A stretch of 64,000 nucleotides of DNA from Takakia lepidozioides. Taxonomy: Eukaryota > Plantae > Bryophyta. Location: contig CM060731.1 in the NCBI GenBank assembly GCA_030704615.1, positions 85,436,001-85,500,000 on the forward strand, given 5' to 3'. Positions 1-9,975 of the stretch are shown here, one piece after another (the first letter of the stretch is position 1; each line of letters begins with the position of its first letter). Made by a program: the position numbers and the translations under genes. The notes beneath the pieces were generated by a model. The model was not told the DNA's origin, did not search any database, and saw nothing but the letters and a program-made list of their open reading frames with translations.

Positions 1-1950
1 ATCACAGTGAACATGAAATACTACATGCCAGTGAGGGTTAATCAGCACAGGTGTAGTTGTTACTGACAATGTAAGTTCCTCAAAAGCCTGTTGACATTCA
101 GCTGTCCATGCAAACACTGCATCTTTCTTCAGAAGCTTGCTCAATGGTGCTGCTATCTGTGCATACCTTTTGACAAATCTTCTGTAATAACTGGTTTGTC
201 CAAGGAATCTCCTTAGACTCTTAACATTTACTGGTGGTGGTGAGGCTTTAATGGCCTCTGTCTTTCTGGGATCCACAAGAAGTCCCCTCTTACACACAAT
301 GTGTCCCAAAATCACCCCTGAGTTCACACAGAAAGTACACTTCTCTGGATTCAGGCCTAGACCTCTCATCCTGCATCTGACCAAACATAACTCCAATTTA
401 TGCAAGTGCTCATTCTTAGAGCTGTACACACTGAAATCATCCAAGAACACCTGCATGAAATCATCCAGATACTCATGAAAAGATTCACTTATCACTCTCT
501 GAAAGGTTGCTGGTGCATTACAAAGTCCAAAAGGCATGACTTTGTATGCATAAGCACCCCAGTCTGTGATGAAAGCTGTCTTTCCTTGGTCTTCTTCTGC
601 CACTTGCACTTGATTATAACCACTGAAGCCATCCATGAATGAGTACATCTCATGGCCTGCCACAGTGTCAAATACCGCTTCTGTGAATGGCAAAGGGAAA
701 GGATCTTTCTTCGTGCAAGCATTCAACTTCTTATAGTTCACACAAACTCTCAGTTTACCATTCTTCTTGGGAACTATCACAATGGGTGACAACCAAGTTG
801 TATACTCTATTGGGTATATAAACTTAGCCTCAGCCAACTTCTTGATCTCTTCTCCAACCTTCTGTGCATAGTTGGGATTCATTGTGTACCTTGCCTGTTT
901 GATTGGTACTGACCCTGGTTCCAATTCAATCTTATGCTGACAGATCTCAGGTGGTATCCCTTTTAGATCCTCGTAGCTCCAAGCAAATACATCTCTGTAT
1001 TTGATGAACAAACTCTTAGCTTCCTCAAAGAATTCTGGCTCCAAATCAGCCCCTACCTTCACCATCCTCGGTTCCTCTTCAGTTCCCACATTCACTTCTC
1101 TCACCTGCTCATCAGCTGTGATTGTCCAACCAGTCAGCACTTCATCCTATAAACTCATAGTGGCTGGTTCCTCTAGGATTTCCATTTCTCCTTCTCTTTC
1201 TTCATAAAAATGTGGTGGGTAACTGCTTATTTCACCTTCAATTGGTGTTGCTGTCACTACACCACAGCATATACCTTTTAAACAACTTAGGCCTTCCAGC
1301 TGCATCTCTGCAACCTACTCCCACTCTGGGTGTGCAACGAACAGGGTAGCTTCCTGTTCCTCATCCAGTCCTCCCCTCCAGTCATACTCCCTGGCCCCTC
1401 GAGGTCTTCTCGTAGCAGGTAATCTACTAGATTTCTTAGTGGTAATTTGTATCTTGTGCATCCCATTATGCACAGTTAGTAATTGAGAATTCCAGTCATG
1501 GAATACCCTGGCCTATTTCAGCCACGGACGTCCCAATAATAAGGAGTAAGCCTCCATGACTTCATCCATTTTCAACACAGTTACTGTGATCATAAAGATC
1601 ATCTTTTGTATTTGTATCTTAACTCTTCTTATCAATCCCAATGGCTGTACACTTATTTGATCTGCCATTGTTACTGTAAATGGGGCTGGTTTCATGTTAC
1701 TTAGACCAAGCTTCTGCCTTAATTGGTCTGTCATGATATTCACTCCAGAGCCTCCATCTATCAGTACATCAGTTAGTTCTGTGCTTCCAATTCTCAATTG
1801 GATTACTGGCATAGAATCATCAAAGTCCATGACTGATTCTCGCCCTTCCGGTTTCACATTATAACTGGTCACCTTGCTGTTCAGGTCTGTGTTTCCTGTC
1901 ACATGGGCAATTCGATTGATTGCTTGATACAGCCTGTGTCTACAATAAGG
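1..1950 (-). mobile_element. Ty3/Gypsy (non-chromovirus, Athila/Tat-like) pol fragment: aspartic protease, RT and start of RNase H; degenerate
   Basis: Minus-strand translation gives VLIDGGSGVNIM (protease), KKNGKLRVCVNY, MDGFSGYNQV, MPFGLCNAPATFQR and FLDDF (RT). Contains stops and frameshifts. Cut at 1950 by a MULE TIR. Confidence 0.85.
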
Positions 1951-2022
1951 GAGGTTAGCTATTTCATGAGCATGAGCGGCATGAGCGGAGTAGCAAGACA
2001 ATCGGTTTTCATGAGCAGAAGT
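1951..2022 (+). repeat. MULE terminal inverted repeat with CATGAGC subterminal repeats
   Basis: GAGGTTAGCTATTTCATGAGCATGAGCGGCATGAGCGG. Near-identical reverse complement at 30545-30610; related ends at 40065 and 54545. Confidence 0.85.
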
Positions 2023-2179
2023 ACAAATTTCGAAAATAAAAAACATTATAAAACATTAATTTAATGGAATGTGTCAGAAAAAACTAATATATTATTCGGC
2101 ACCTTGAAGGGAAAATTGTAGTTTTGAGAGTTGTGCTCATGATATTTTGTCTTCCGCTCATGCCAATTCCCAGCGACAT

Positions 2180-2590
2180 GTGCAAAAATGGCGCCGAATT
2201 TCGCGATAATAGGGTCCGTAACCGGAAAAAACCGCGACGTATTTCGCGGTAATAGGTCTCTCTGGCGAAAAATGGTGCCAAATTCCGCGGCTATAGGTCT
2301 CCTCATGACAGGTGTGTAAGCCCAAAATTTGGAAATGTGGCGCCGAATTTCGGTACATGGTGCCGGGGATTGCACAGATGTTGGGCAGTTCTGGGCCATA
2401 TAACTGGAAATTCGGCGCCATTTTTCCAGACATCGTTCCCGAGCATGTTCGGACTTAGCCAGTTTTCGGCCCAAAATAGGGAAATTCGGCGCCATTTTTC
2501 CAGACACAGGGGTACCAGTGCATGTTGGGACTTAGCCAGTTTTCGGCCCAAAATAGAGAAATTCGACTCCATTTTTCCAGAAATGGCCCC
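2180..2590. repeat. Subterminal repeats (AAAATGGCGCCGAATTT / GGACTTAGCCAGTTTTCGGCCC)
   Basis: Recurring motifs, also seen at about 30050-30380 and in the subfamily B intron arrays. Confidence 0.65.
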
Positions 2591-2735
2591 ACAACTGCTT
2601 CTGTTGGATCTCAGTTTGAATGGAATATTGCCTCATTCCAGGAGTTTTGGGGTGCATTTCATTATACTGCAAAAAAAAGTCTGATACATGAAAATGCAAT
2701 TGAAAATATCCATATGGAGGATTCCCTTTGCCCCA

Positions 2736-3000
2736 TCAATGATTTCTGGAATCCCTAAGGAGGAGTTTGTGCAGCTCGTTCACGCTCAACGCCGGTGCAT
2801 GAATAAAGTCATCAATAGTCACGTTCATCCTCAACCTCTTCAGGTAAATGTAATACAGATGCTTGCACGGATAATACTTTGAACCCTTCTTTGCTTCCAT
2901 CAACGAGAAGTCCGTACAATTGCAAGTCGGCTCCACTCCAATCGTAATTGTGTATACATCGTCGCGTACAGCCGAGCCGGCCGTTGCCATCCGATAAACA
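2736..3000 (-). pseudogene. MULE transposase C-terminal SWIM zinc finger remnant
   Basis: YTITIGVEPTCNCTDF...PCKHLYYIY matches the SWIM CxC...CxH pattern; homologous to 55397-55700. Confidence 0.8.
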
Positions 3001-3059
3001 CGATATTATTGAGGAAGAGTCTTGCAGTTTCCTCGCCGGTAACCGTCTTATTACATGGA

Positions 3060-3335
3060 ATGACATTTCGGCTTCAACAAAACAATGGAATTGATATCCA
3101 GGGACTATTGGTGGCCGCAGATGTGGAAACTCGTGAAAGAATTTATAAAATTTTGAGACACGTGTGCTAGAGCGAAGGGACCACGACATCGACCTTACGG
3201 CCTTCTTCAACCATTACCCATTCCCAAGGGTCCATGGTCGTCCGTGTCTATGGACTTTATTACGGACCTTCCAATTTCCAAGATCACCGATTCAATCCTT
3301 GTTATTGTAGATCGTTTTACAAAGATGACACATTC
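3060..3335 (+). pseudogene. Captured Gypsy integrase fragment (filler inside the MULE)
   Basis: HFGFNKTMELISRDYWWPQM...CARAK...[25 protein letters not shown]...VDRFTKMTH. Confidence 0.8.
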
Positions 3336-3812
3336 CCTGAATCCCGTACTTGGGCTTGCCAAATACACAGGTCATTATGTCGTGCCTATAGAACCAAAAC
3401 GTCTGTGTTGTGGCATGAGCAAATGTGGGAGTCAAAAATCTGCCGCTGAAACAAGGTGCAGGTACAGCACCGTGTGGGTTCCTCCGAATCGGCCGGCTGG
3501 AGGTACGTCCACGGAGCTCTAAATAGTGCAAGCCATCCCAAGAGCATTGGCAATCCGAGTCTCATTCAACTTGTTGGGATGGTGTCGTCTCTTCACTCTT
3601 TCGAATCGCATTGTGGGATGTGCAGAATTGTTCAATCCGTCTCTACTGGACCGAGCAGTCTGCAATGGCTGGGTCTGAGGAACTGGAAATGCAAGGGCCG
3701 GGACGTCTATGCGTTGCACCATACGAAATCCTGCTGCAGATAGAGCATCCGCCTCATTTTGAGAGAGGCTGCAACCCGGTGCAACAGGCCAGACGCCCAG
3801 AGGCTCCGGCAT
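3336..3812 (-). pseudogene. MULE transposase fragments in permuted order
   Basis: Homologous to 55650-56150 of the fuller copy (RRNP.GAVPAP...KPKY.IQ; MPE...ETRIANALGM). Confidence 0.75.
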
Positions 3813-6690
3813 TTCCTTTCAACAACTAAGGTATGTGAAGGTGGAACGGAAATGCAGTACCATATTTCCGTTCTGATTGAAAATCATGAACCACGGGAAC
3901 TGAAATGCGGCACCGCATTTCCGTCTGAGTCGCACCTTCCGACATTCCAGAACAGAAATGCGGCGCCGCATTTCCGTCTGAGTCGCACCTTCCGACATTC
4001 CAGAACGGAAATGCGGCGCCGCATTGCCGATTTGTATCTGAGGCATGGAGCTTAGGGACGGAAATGCGGCACCGCATTTCCGATTTATATCTGAGGCATG
4101 GAGCTGAGGGACGGAAATGCGGCACCGCATTTCCGTCCGGTTGAGACCTTCATACTCTCCAGAACGGAAATGCGGTACTGCATTTCCGTCCGGTTGAGAC
4201 CTTCATACTCTCCAAAACGGAAATGCGGTACCGCATTTCCGTTCTGACTGAAAATCGTGAACTATCGGGTCTGAAATGCAACACCGCATTTCCGTCCGAG
4301 TCGCACCTTCCGACATTCCAGAACGAAAATGCGACGCCGCATTTCCGTTTTGTATGTGAGGCATGGAGCTGTGGGACGGAAATGCGGCACCATATTTCTG
4401 TCCAGGTGAGACCTTCATACTCTCCAGAACGGAAATGCGGCACGGCATTTCCGTTCAACAACTAAGGTATGTGAAGGTGGAACGGAAATGCGGTACCACA
4501 TTTCCGTTCTGATTGAAAATCATGAACCACGGGAACTGAAATGCGGCACCGCATTTCCGTCCGAGTCGCACCTTCTTACATTCCAAAACGGAAATGCAGC
4601 GCCGCATTTCCGATTTGTATCTGCGGCATGGAGTTGAGGGACGGAAATGCGGCACCGCATTTCCGTCCGCTTGAGACCTTCATACTCTCCAAAACAGAAA
4701 TGCAGTACCGCATTTCCGTTCTGACTGAAAATCGTGAACCATCGGGTCTGAAATGTGGCACCGCATTTCCGTCCGAGTCGCACCTTCCGACATTCCAGAA
4801 TGGAAATGCGACGCCGCATTTCCGTTTTGTATTGAGGCATGGAGCTGCGGGATGGAAATGCGGCACCGTATTTCTGTTCGGGTGAGACCTTCATACTCTC
4901 CAGAACGGAAATGCGGCACGACATTTCCGTTCAACAACTAAGGTATGTGAAGGTGGAACGGAAATGCGGTACCACATTTCCGTTCTGATTGAAAATCATG
5001 AACCACGGGAACTGAAATGCGGCACCGCATTTCCGTCCGAGTCGCACCTTCCGACATTCCAGAACGGAAATGCGGCGCCGCATTTCCGATTTGTATCTGA
5101 GGCATGGAGCTGAGGGACGGAAATGCGGCACCGTATTTCCGTCTGGTTGAGACCTTCATACTCTCCAGAACGGAAATGCGGTACCGCATTTCCGTTCTGA
5201 GTGAAAATCGTGAACCATCAGGTCTGAAATGCGGCACCGCATTTCCGTCCGAGTAGCACCTTCCGACATTCCAGAACGGAAATGCGATGCCACATTTCCG
5301 TTTTGTATGTGAGGCATGGAGCTGTGGGACGGAAATGCAGCACCGTATTTCTGTCCGGGTGAGACCTTCATACTCTCCAGAACGGAAATGCGGCACGACA
5401 TTTCCGTTCAACAACTAAGGTATGTGAAGATGGAACGGAAATGCGGTACTGCATTTCCGTTCTGATTGAAAATCATGAACCATGGGAACTGAAATGCGGC
5501 ACCGCATTTCCGTCCGAGTCGCACCTTCCGACATTTTAGAACGGAAATGCGGCGCCACATTTCCGTTTTGTATCTGAGGCATGGAGGTGAGGGACGGAAA
5601 TACGGCACCGCATTTCCGTCCGGTTGAGACTTTCATACTCTCCAGAACGGAAATGCGGTACCGCATTTCCGTTCTGACTAAAAATCGTGAACCATCGGAA
5701 CTGAAATGCGGCACCGCATTTCCGTCTGAGTCGCACCTTCCGACATTCCAGATTGGAAATGCGGTGCTGCATTTCCGTTTTGTATGTGAGGCATGGAGCT
5801 GTGGGACGGAAATGCAGCACCGTATTTCCGTCCAAGTGAGACCTTCATACTCTCCAGAACGGAAATGCGGCACGGCATTTTTGTTCAACAACTAAGGTAT
5901 GCAAAGCTGGAACGGAAATGCGGTACCGCATTTCCGTTCTGATTGAAAATCATGAACCACGGGAAGTGAAATGCGGCACCGCATTTCCGTCCGAGTCGCA
6001 CCTTCTGACATTCTAGAACGGAAATTGCGGCGCCGCATTTCCGTTTTGTATCTGAGGCATGGAGCTGAGGGACGGAAATGCGGCACCACATTTCCGTCCG
6101 GTTCAGACCTTCATACTCTTCAGAACGGAAATGCGGTACCGCATTTCCTTTTGACTGAAAATCGTGAACCATTGGAACTGAAATGCGGCACCGCATTTCC
6201 GTCCGAGTCGCACCTTCCGACATTCTAGAACGGAAATGTTGCGCCGCAGTTCCGTTTTGTATATGAGGCATGGAGCTGTGGGACGGAAATGCGGCACCGT
6301 ATTTCCGTCCGGGTGAGATATTCATACTCTCAAGAACAGAAATGCGGCACGACATTTCCATTCAACAACTAAGGTATGTGAATGTGGAACGGTAATGCGG
6401 TACCGCATTTCCGTTCAGATTGAAAATCATGAACCACGGGAACTGAAATGCGGCACCACATTTCCGTCCGAGTCGCACCTTCCGACATTCCAGAACGGAA
6501 ATGCGGCGCCGCATTTCCCTTTTGTATCTCAGGCATGGAGCTGTGGGACGGAAATGCGGCACCGCATTTCCGTTCAGCAACTAAGGTCTGTGAAGGTGGA
6601 ACGGAAATGCGGAGCCGCATTTTCGTCCAACAAGTACGGTATGTGTAGCTTCGGGACGGTACTTAACGGAAATGTGGCGCCACATTTGCA
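3813..6690. repeat. Higher-order tandem array (476-477 bp unit, about 6 copies) built on the palindrome GGAAATGCGG-nn-CCGCATTTCC every ~40-50 bp
   Basis: TCAACAACTAAGG landmark recurs at about 3819, 4456, 4931, 5408, 5885 and 6362. GGAAATGCGGCGCCGCATTTCC and GGAAATGCGGTACCGCATTTCC are perfect 22-bp palindromes. Confidence 0.95.
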
Positions 6691-7986
6691 TTTTCACTCT
6701 AACTCATCAGACGCTGGGACGGAAATGCCATGATATGTGAACACGTGGACCAACAGAATTGCGGCACATGTGTGCACTCTATCTGACTGAAGTGGCAGGA
6801 GGCGGCGCGGCGTGACTGTTGGATAATGATGTTTGTTTTTCGGACGGCAGGCGTACCCTTGACGATTCGAATTTCTTAATGACGCATAGTCCACGAGGAG
6901 ACATTTTTGTCCAAGCCTTTCGAACCCAAGTGGTGCATCACCGCCGTTTCATCTTCTTTTGTCGTGTCTACTCAGTCACCCCTTTCGCGCCCTTTGCATC
7001 TGCACTCTTCGCCCCTTTTCCTTGTCTCTGTTCTTCTTATGCTCGGACCTGAGAGGGAGGGACTGCGTGCACCAGAGAAGAGACATCGTCGCAAGCTCCA
7101 AAAATTGTACTTCGGACGTAGGCCAATGCCGAAGGGGAGGAAGCATATGCGTCTACAGGAGGAGATTGCTATCTCGCAGCAGCAGGCCACGTAGGCAACC
7201 CAGCCACCAGTGAGAGCTCCGTGCTATCGGGATTTGCGCAGCTGATCGAGCACCGTAACCCCCCTCATTTTTCTTCTGCAATTCTTAGACTGTATGCTAG
7301 GAGACTTGAATGCAGAAGATGTTTGCATGCCTAACCGAAAAGGTGGACGTGCTGGAGGGATCACAGGAATCCGAAGAGCCGCAGGAAGAGTCCGTGGAGC
7401 TAGCTGCAGCACACACACCCAGCCGATCCACGAGCACGGGTCTTCCTGCCGGGCCTAGCCGTGTGCGTTTCAAGGACGCGGCTTCGAAGGGCAAGTCTTT
7501 GCAGTTCAAAGCCCCAGAAAGCGACTCGCGTTCGAAGGTCATGGAGAATCGCCAGCAGGGGTCGGCCCTTCTCCAACAAAGACGAAGAAGAAGCAGCCCG
7601 TCCTTCAACTTGTTTATGAACCGGACCAGGCCGTTTCCCCCCCACCTAGACGAATGAAGCGGATTCAATTGTAGCTGACATCTTCACCCTCAAGAATGAT
7701 GAAGCACAATACCGATTCCACGAGCTGAAGCCCAGTTCCTGCTTGATTTCCAGCCTGGTGATGTTGGGGGTGTCTCTGCTGCAGCGAAGGCAATGGGATC
7801 GACCGATTTCGTCGATTTCGCAGAATTGCCCGCAAAGATTCCCCAGAGTGCAGCTCCAGTTGGGGATGCTCCAGCTGCTCAGCCCCTACCGCCACCTGCA
7901 GAAATGTCTCCGGAGGAATTCCAAAGTGCAGCGGATACAATGTTGGAGGAGACACACAGTAGCATTGGCAGAGTTCTGGGCAGCAG

Positions 7987-8708
7987 TGTCGCGGCCTTTG
8001 CCTTGAGGGCAGGGGGTCAGGACACATGAGGGGCTGCCGGTGGGGGCAGCGGCAGCGATAGGTATGGGGGGGCTGAAGCACCCTTGAGTGCCCGAGGCAC
8101 TCAAGGAGGCGGAGGCGCTCACTAGGTGGAGCCCCGCACACCGGGTTGCGGTGGGGGTGGCTCCACAATGGGTGGTGGTAGCTTAGCGGGACTTAATGGG
8201 GGTGGCATTGGACTCACCATGGGGGCGGAGACCTCGTGGTGGGAGTCGTGGGGAGTCTTGGGACTCATCACGGTCCATAGGGGCCGTGGTGAGTGGGCCA
8301 AGACTCACCCCAACTCATCACCGGGAGTCGAGGGTTTTCGTGGTGGTTCGCCAAAAATGGCATGGCTGGTTGTGAAACCCCCGCAGACAGCTATAGAAGT
8401 ATATATAAGGGGAGTAGTGACCCCGAGAACGGTGCAAGCCCGTTGGTGACCAAAAACTAGTGAGTAAGCGAGCGATCCGGAAAGCGACCAAAGAGTGGGG
8501 AGCTGTTCCGGACTGCCATCTACCAAAGGGAATTCCACTAGGCCCAAATAGGTGGAGGGTTTAGTGGGGGAGCGAAGGGGGACCGTTATGTCCCGGTGAG
8601 CAGCCGAAGCTCCAAGTTGGCCCGGCGGCCAGGTTGGGAGTCAGGCGCGCGCATCAAAGCGAGTAACTATGACTTGAAGGGGAGCTTACCGAAGTGAGGT
8701 GCGCGACA
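7987..8708 (+). repeat. 5' LTR of chromovirus
   Basis: TGTCGCGG...GCGCGACA; matches 14210-14937. Confidence 0.95.
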
Positions 8709-8710
8709 CT

Positions 8711-8722
8711 TGGTATCAGAGC
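8711..8722 (+). promoter_or_regulatory. Primer binding site (tRNA-iMet)
   Basis: TGGTATCAGAGC, 2 nt after the LTR end. Confidence 0.9.
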
Positions 8723-8763
8723 TTAGAGTTCAGTACGCGATCGTCCTTGGGATTGGCCTCATC

Positions 8764-9975
8764 ATGGGGTCGGGCAAGCCGAAGCGAAAGCGGAACGGCC
8801 CAAAAGATGATGATCCTGGTGAGCCCAATGTGGGCGACGTATCACCGAGGCGGCCGTTTGAGGGAGCGATGCACGTTTCTGAAAACGAGGCCGCTCAAGA
8901 GCGGGAGGAATCCGAGGAGTCGGAGCCCAAGGAATCCGTGAGATCTCCGACCGACCAACAGATGCCTCCCATGCCGGCAGCCTTTTGGGAAGGGTTGTTG
9001 GCGCAATTTGGCGGGACGCTGAAAGACGTGTTGAGGGCGGCTAATGCCACTTCCACTAAGGCAAAGTTTAAGGTGAAGCCTAAGGAACCCGGCACCTTCG
9101 AGGGCGTCCGAAATCGGAAGGCACTCAACACCTGGCTCTTGGAGCTAGAGCAGTACTTCCGGGCGGCCAAGTTGAGTGACGAGGATCGGGTGGAAGTGGC
9201 TCCCACCTATTTGAGGAGCTATGCTCAACAATGGTGGCAGAAACGCCTTCACGACCGAGGTCCAAGTCCGGAAACCTTGAACTGGAGTGGGTTCAAGGAA
9301 TTAATGAAGAGACAGTTTGTGCCCCTCAATGCGTCCTGGCTTGCCCGGGACAAGATGAGGAATTTGAAGCAAACAGACGACATTCGGGGATATGTCCAGA
9401 CCTTCAATGTGCTTTTGCTCGAAGTCGCGGACATGGCAGAACCGGAAATGGTCTTCAACTTTGTGGCGGGACTGGCCCCATGGGCCAGGCGGAATTTGGA
9501 GGAGAAGCCACCTAAGACTTTGAACGAGGCAATTGAGAGGGCTGAATGTTTCTCAGATGTCCCTAGGGGTGAAAGACAAGGCCGTACGGAGCTGAACCAC
9601 AAGAAGACCCGGCGGGAAGGTGACTCCTTCCGACCGGAAAAGAAGTGGGATAGGCCACGTGGCGACAATGGCACGTGGAAATTGAAGGGAGGGCCTTCAC
9701 ACGTCAAGGCGGCACCCGATGCTTTGAAAGGAAAAGCGGGTGGAGCGGCTTATGGCGGACAGAAGGCGACCTTTGATGGAGTGTGTTTTAATTGCGGAGA
9801 GCCCGGGCACATGGCCAAGAAGTGCACGAAGCCCCGACAATTGAACATGACTCGGGCAACCACGGAGCTGTCGGAAGATACCATCAGTCACCTGGTGGAA
9901 GCGGTGGTCGCCAGGACTTGCAAGGTAGGCAAATATTCTTGTGAGTTTATCAGGAAACTGGCGCATGGCGTATAG
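8764..9975 (+). CDS. gag: Retrotransposon Gag with CCHC zinc knuckle
   Basis: Open frame from ATG at 8764; retrotrans_gag-like core and CFNCGEPGHMAKKC. Confidence 0.85.
   Translation: MGSGKPKRKRNGPKDDDPGEPNVGDVSPRRPFEGAMHVSENEAAQEREESEESEPKESVRSPTDQQMPPMPAAFWEGLLAQFGGTLKDVLRAANATSTKAKFKVKPKEPGTFEGVRNRKALNTWLLELEQYFRAAKLSDEDRVEVAPTYLRSYAQQWWQKRLHDRGPSPETLNWSGFKELMKRQFVPLNASWLARDKMRNLKQTDDIRGYVQTFNVLLLEVADMAEPEMVFNFVAGLAPWARRNLEEKPPKTLNEAIERAECFSDVPRGERQGRTELNHKKTRREGDSFRPEKKWDRPRGDNGTWKLKGGPSHVKAAPDALKGKAGGAAYGGQKATFDGVCFNCGEPGHMAKKCTKPRQLNMTRATTELSEDTISHLVEAVVARTCKVGKYSCEFIRKLAHGV

Noticed and set aside
3813-6690. CRISPR-like appearance (palindromic repeats separated by ~20-30 bp spacers)
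   Set aside because: The spacers recur periodically in a 477-bp higher-order unit, there are no cas genes, and the context is a eukaryotic TE.
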